Source: Felis catus (taxonomy: Eukaryota). Taken from it: DNA of 64,000 nucleotides. Positions 59,149-64,000 of this stretch are shown one piece after another. A program made the translations under genes and the position numbers. A model generated the notes under the pieces. That model saw only the letters and a list, made by a program, of their open reading frames with translations. It searched no databases and was not told the DNA's origin. Each line of letters starts with the position of its first letter. The first letter of the stretch is position 1. The stretch covers positions 22,880,001 to 22,944,000 of the forward strand of contig NC_058369.1 of assembly GCF_018350175.1 (NCBI RefSeq). Reading direction: 5' to 3'.

Positions 59149-60079
59149 AGAGAGAAATGGAAACTATGAACTGAGGTTTCCCCACTCCAGAGCTGACCGC
59201 CTCGGAGGAAGAGCTCGGACTGGCCCGAGCACCGCTGATGGCACCAGCTCATCTTCAGGGCCGCCAAAAGCACCCTCAGATGGTGTGTTCATCAGAGTTT
59301 GTCCATCATACCTTTGGAACAGGTGTTCCTGAGGCCTCCCCAGACCTCCACTTTGCAATAAGAATTTAATTCTGGCTTGGTTTGAATTTTAATTAAGAAG
59401 GGAAGTTTTAATTTTGCTCACAAGTTGTGAAAACAGGACTCGAGGCTGCAATTGTGCCAACATCACAGCTGCAGAAATTAACAAGCTCAACCTAAAAGAA
59501 GGAAAAAACTCCCGGCATAATCTTGGAGCAATTAAGTGGAGACTTTTATGTTTTCATTAAGTAAGACTAGGCACCTGATGTCTTCCCACTTTGAGGCACA
59601 GAGACCGCCAGCCTCCGCCTCGAGGAGCCGTTTGCCCTGCACACAGCATCTGTCCCCTGAGACTTGCCTGCCAAGTGTCTGCTTTGCCAGATTATTCGAC
59701 ATTTCCCAAGAGTTGTGTTCAGCGGGGCACACGTGGTTCCTCCTGGAGCTCACAGAAATTTAAACAATAAGCATCCTAGTAAAGATAATGTTATAATAAA
59801 CAGTGGTCTATTAAAGTTCCAGTGTCACCAAATTGCAATCTGTTTTGATACACTCAACAGAGAGCAAATTTAACGCAGATGTTGCTGAAAATAAAGCGTG
59901 GGTGAGGGCTGATCCATAGACGAAGCTACATGGACCTCTTACCATCTTACCACGTGGTGTTTGGATGAGGGTGGAGCCGATAAGAAGAAACCATAGATCA
60001 TCTTTTGTCTCCGCCAGCAGGAAGTCCTTAAACTATGGTCGTGAGGAAATTTGAAAAAAAAAATGGGGGGGGGGTGCAG

Positions 60080-60432
60080 TAGACATCTCAGGCTGCCATA
60101 ACAAAATACCACACACTGGGTGGTTTAAGCAGCAGTGTTCATTTCTCATAGTTCTGGAGTCTGGGGAGTCTAAGATCAAGGTGCTGGCAGACTTAGTTCT
60201 TGGTAAGAGCCCTCTTTCTGGCTTGCAGATGGCTACCTTCTCCTTGTAGCTGCACATGGTAGGGAGCCAAAGCTCAGGTATTTCTTACTCTTCCTAGAAG
60301 GGCACTAATCCCACTGTGGGAGCTCCATCCTTCTGACCTCATCTAAACCTAAGTACCTCCGGAAGGCCTCACCTCTGCATACTGTCACACAGGGTCATGT
60401 TAGTTTTCAGCCTATGAATTTGGTGGCAGGGA
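60080..60432 (-). mobile_element. MaLR (MLT1-like) LTR
   Basis: 'gctgccataacaaaataccacacactgggtggtttaa..catttctcatagttctggag..aagatcaaggtgctggcag'. Confidence 0.85.
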
Positions 60433-60984
60433 CAAACATCCAGTTCATAACAAAAGGACATCCTCGTGAAGGGTGTATCTAACAGGGGAGATGAATTTAT
60501 GTACAAGGTTTTTAATCAGTCAGAGCCATCGACTCAGAAATACTTACATTTTTGTGACATTTGTGGCAGAATTTTAACTTTGTAAAATTCCTGCATCTCT
60601 TCTGTGCTGGTAAAGACATGAGTCATGGTCCTGTGGTGTTTCACTGCCCTATTAATGTCTTGTGGTCACTCAGTGCTTGGTTCTGAACAGAAAACACACC
60701 TCTTGTCTCTTGGACACAAAATGATTGTTAGAAGAATGACTCATGGACATTTTTTTGCTAGGATTTTTTATCTTCAGGAAACTTTGTTCCATGTTTAGAG
60801 TGGTATAATAGTATGAATCAGTGGTAAGTCTGTGTGTTCTTAAAGAGAAGGGATATTTCTTCATTCTTTATTCAGTGTGTGCTGAGTTCTTGTTTTGTTC
60901 CAAGCACTATGAGAGGCTGAAATGGTGAACTTAATAGAAAAGGTCTCTGCCCTCATGAAGTTCCCTCTTGTGGGAAAATGCATT

Positions 60985-61450
60985 CCTCAGGATTTTGGTT
61001 GCAAGTGACAGAAACTGCATTCTAGCTAGCTCCAGCAAGGAATACATTTATTGGCTCAGGTAACTTGAATTCTAGGGAATGTGCTGTTTTGAGACATGGC
61101 TGGATCCAGTATTCAGCATTGTCATTTGGATTTTGAATCTTTCCTTCCCTCTTTCCTCTCCACCTTCCTCTATTCTGACCATGTTTCACTGGCAGGTGAT
61201 CTCCTAGTGATGGAGAATATGGCTGTGTGCTTCCAGGATTATTTCTCACTATGGTCCCAGAGGAAGAGAGAGCATCTGTCCTAGTGGCTTAGATGTAAGT
61301 CCAAAGATTATTCTGGTCTGGGTCACATGTCCACAGCCTCAAGTGAGGGAGACTGGACAGTGGTAGGGCTAGCCATCTGAAACCATGGGGATTGATCAGG
61401 ATTACATTACTGTGGCCTCACTTGGTGGGGATCCCCAAAGGAAGGAACAG
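60985..61450 (-). mobile_element. Old MaLR (MLT1J/K-like) LTR relic
   Basis: 'ttttggttgcaagtgacagaaac..', 'tttattggctcaggtaact', 'gggtcacatgtcca'. Confidence 0.55.
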
Positions 61451-61719
61451 GGAACATGAGGGAGGGAGACAGGTGAACAGGTCATGATGGTACAGTGTGT
61501 TTAATGCTAACATGGGGGAAATAGAAGGTGCTAGAGGATCACTAAGAAGGAGGGCAATCTCAACTTCTGTAGGTGGGAGCATGGAGTTCTCAGAAGGGGG
61601 ATTTTAGTCAACATCACCCTAATAAAGTACCTGGGATGATGTTGTCTCTTTCTGAATAGATTTACACAGGCCTTTACAAGTTCAGTGTAGGGCCTTTAAC
61701 CATGTGGCAACACTTCCAT

Positions 61720-61925
61720 GCGCTGTCTTTTGGATGATGTAAGTGTTCTATATCTATAGCACCTGTTATGGTAACCAACGGCCACATGTGGCTATTGAGC
61801 ATGTGAGATGTGCCTAGCGAAGACAGGGGAACTAAAATATGAGTTTTATTTAACTTCAATTAACTTAAATCTAAAATTAAACAGCCACATGTGGCTAGTA
61901 GCTGGCACGTTCAGCTGTGTAACTC
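61720..61925. mobile_element. MER3/MER33-like hAT MITE
   Basis: Two copies of 'gccacatgtggcta' and 'aagtgttctatatct', typical of this family. Confidence 0.7.
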
Positions 61926-63843
61926 TATGGGTAAAGACTTTTGTAGTCTGATACCCAGTTTCCAAGGTACCGGCCTACCTTTTAGTTCCTGTATTATAAA
62001 AAGGTCTCACTGAGCAGAGAGAGAACTCTGGTTAGGCTCTTCTGAACAGCAACAGCCACAACAGCAACAAAATATAGATGACGGGTCTTTGAGCTCTGCA
62101 GGATTTGTTACTCAGGCCAAAGCTCTGCTTATTTCATTGTCATCCTTGGGCGTCTTTGGGAGTATGGTTAATATTAATATAATATTAATATTAATGCTGA
62201 TCATAGTGATAGTGACCATCATTTATTGAGCACTGTCCTAGGCGTCTATACAAGCATTGTCTGGTTTAATCCTCAATAATTCTATGGGCTGGAGCTACTA
62301 TAAAACGCATTTTACCAATGAGAAAGCAGACCAAGGAGTTAACTGACCAAACCACACCAGCAGGATAGGAGGGAGTTGGTAATGGTGTTAATATTTTCAC
62401 CACCTCTTTCATGCTTTGTTCTTATGGCAGTTCTTAGTCTATAAAATATGAATTCTGGCCTGTAATCCTGAGCCATCGGGCTTTCAATCCCCATCTCCTT
62501 TGCTAAGATATCTGCCCCAGGAGGACAGAGACATTTGGCTATCACTGTGGTACCATCATCAACAATAACATATTGTATAGGTGTTCAGTACATATTTTTG
62601 AATGAATGAATCACTCAGTGGACCAAAATCTACCAGACATATTGGTCTCATCACACGGTTAGTAGCAGCCCTGCCTCCTCAGATACAGTAGAGTTACTGC
62701 CTCTCTGAGAAGCTGGTCACTGGCTATAGTCAGTGGGACACAGTGACTAAGTAGGGAACTGGCATAAATACATTACAAAGCCATGCTCCCTTTCTTTTCT
62801 CTATTGCTTCCCTCCTCAAAGTCTTCCTGAGCCAATGACTACATAATTCCTTTTATCTTGAGGTTCATTCCCCAACCAACCTGGGTGGGATCCCAAAAGG
62901 CATAGTGGCAATTCCAGAAATTATATAGCTCATGGGGTGCTTCTTGGCTACGTATCAATTTCCTGGTTCTCAAAGATTTAAGATGAGCCAACTGTTATTT
63001 CTCGGTGATTTAAAGTTCTTTGAACAGTTTCAAAATATCTGTGTGTACAAAAAATTATATACTGAAAAGTTGATTTATCCTAGGGGAGATAGTACCAGCT
63101 GAGACAGGGTTGCCTGGTGTTTGCCTCCAAAAACACATTTTGTTTTGAGATTGGGAAAGGAAGGGCTCAGTGGTCCAATTAGTTTGGTAAATGCTGCCTC
63201 TGCTGAGCCGGTTATGGAGATTCAAGATGCTATAAACAGATTAAAGGCCCACGGTATCCATCCCATGGCATAGTTTTACTTTTATTCATTCAACTCATGC
63301 TGACATCCCGGAGGACTTCTCATAGGACATCTTCATGTAACGCCTGTGTAAGGAAGAGCATGGTGACGTGGCATTTGGGAAATAAGTCCTATGGTCATAA
63401 CTGGCAATCTCAGGAAAATCTTTTGAACTCTGAGAGACTGGAGTCCCTGCTATGAGTTGAAAATTTTGACCCAAGTGCCAGGTTTGGGCAAGATGTCTCC
63501 TCGGTGCTCATCCAGTCCTGACTTGAGTCAAGTTATGACCTTTATTGTTCTACCTTAGGCCACTATGCCTAGAACTGTCTCAAGGTACTGTCTTAATCCC
63601 CACTCAATGTATGCCTCACATCCTGACCGGGAAAGGCCTGGGTCCCATGGTTCCTGCTGCCACCCAGGCTCCTTTCCTTTGTCAGAGACATTCTCTATGC
63701 ACAGCCATACCAGAATTCCTCCGGTTCCTTGAACTTGACGTGCTCTTTTCAATCTCAGGACCTTTGCACATTTCATTCTTTATGCCTGGGATATTCTTGT
63801 TCACCCTGTGGCCACCACTTTTGTTTTATGAGTCCTACCCATA

Positions 63844-64000
63844 TGTAGTGGGTTAAATAATATCTCCCTCCAAATTTATGTCCTCCTGGAGCCTCAGAAT
63901 GTGACCTTACTTGGAATTAAGGTCTTTGCAGATGTAAATAAGTAAGTTGGGATGAGATCACACTAAATTAGAGTAGACCCTAAATCCAGTATGACTGATA
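63844..64000 (+). mobile_element. MaLR (MLT1-like) LTR, cut by the window end
   Basis: 'tgtagtgggttaaat..ggagcctcagaatgtgaccttacttggaa..ggtctttgcagatgtaa..ccctaaatccagtatgactg'. Confidence 0.85.

Noticed and set aside
1..64000. CRISPR arrays, operons or other prokaryotic-type systems; nested genes such as LRTM1
   Set aside because: The sequence is a mammalian intron with no regularly spaced repeat-spacer array, and I saw no leucine-rich-repeat or other nested coding exon

Overview
This is mammalian DNA, not microbial. It is almost certainly felid, since it carries many tRNA-derived Can-SINEs of the SINEC_Fc type and carnivore L1s. The window lies inside the + strand gene CACNA2D3 (calcium channel auxiliary subunit alpha2delta-3). 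Only two coding exons are present, 1302-1464 (163 nt) and 58375-58506 (132 nt). They splice in frame across a 56,910-nt GT-AG intron; from memory they are human exons 5 and 6. The rest is intronic: about 17 Can-SINEs (13 antisense, 4 sense), several L1s, MaLR/MLT LTRs, hAT MITEs, MIR/L2 relics and microsatellites. Almost all ORFs in the supplied track are spurious or repeat-derived. I found no convincing new multi-gene system. The best leads are: (i) an inverted SINE pair bracketing the frame-symmetric 132-nt exon; (ii) a 1.9-kb L1 derivative with the 5'UTR fused directly to the 3' tail; (iii) a young L1 with a ~41-bp twin-priming inversion, inserted into a probable ancient RTE-clade LINE relic; (iv) a poly(A)-only retroinsertion; (v) recursive-splice-like AG|GTAAG motifs. 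Repeat subfamily names are from recall and were not checked against any database.
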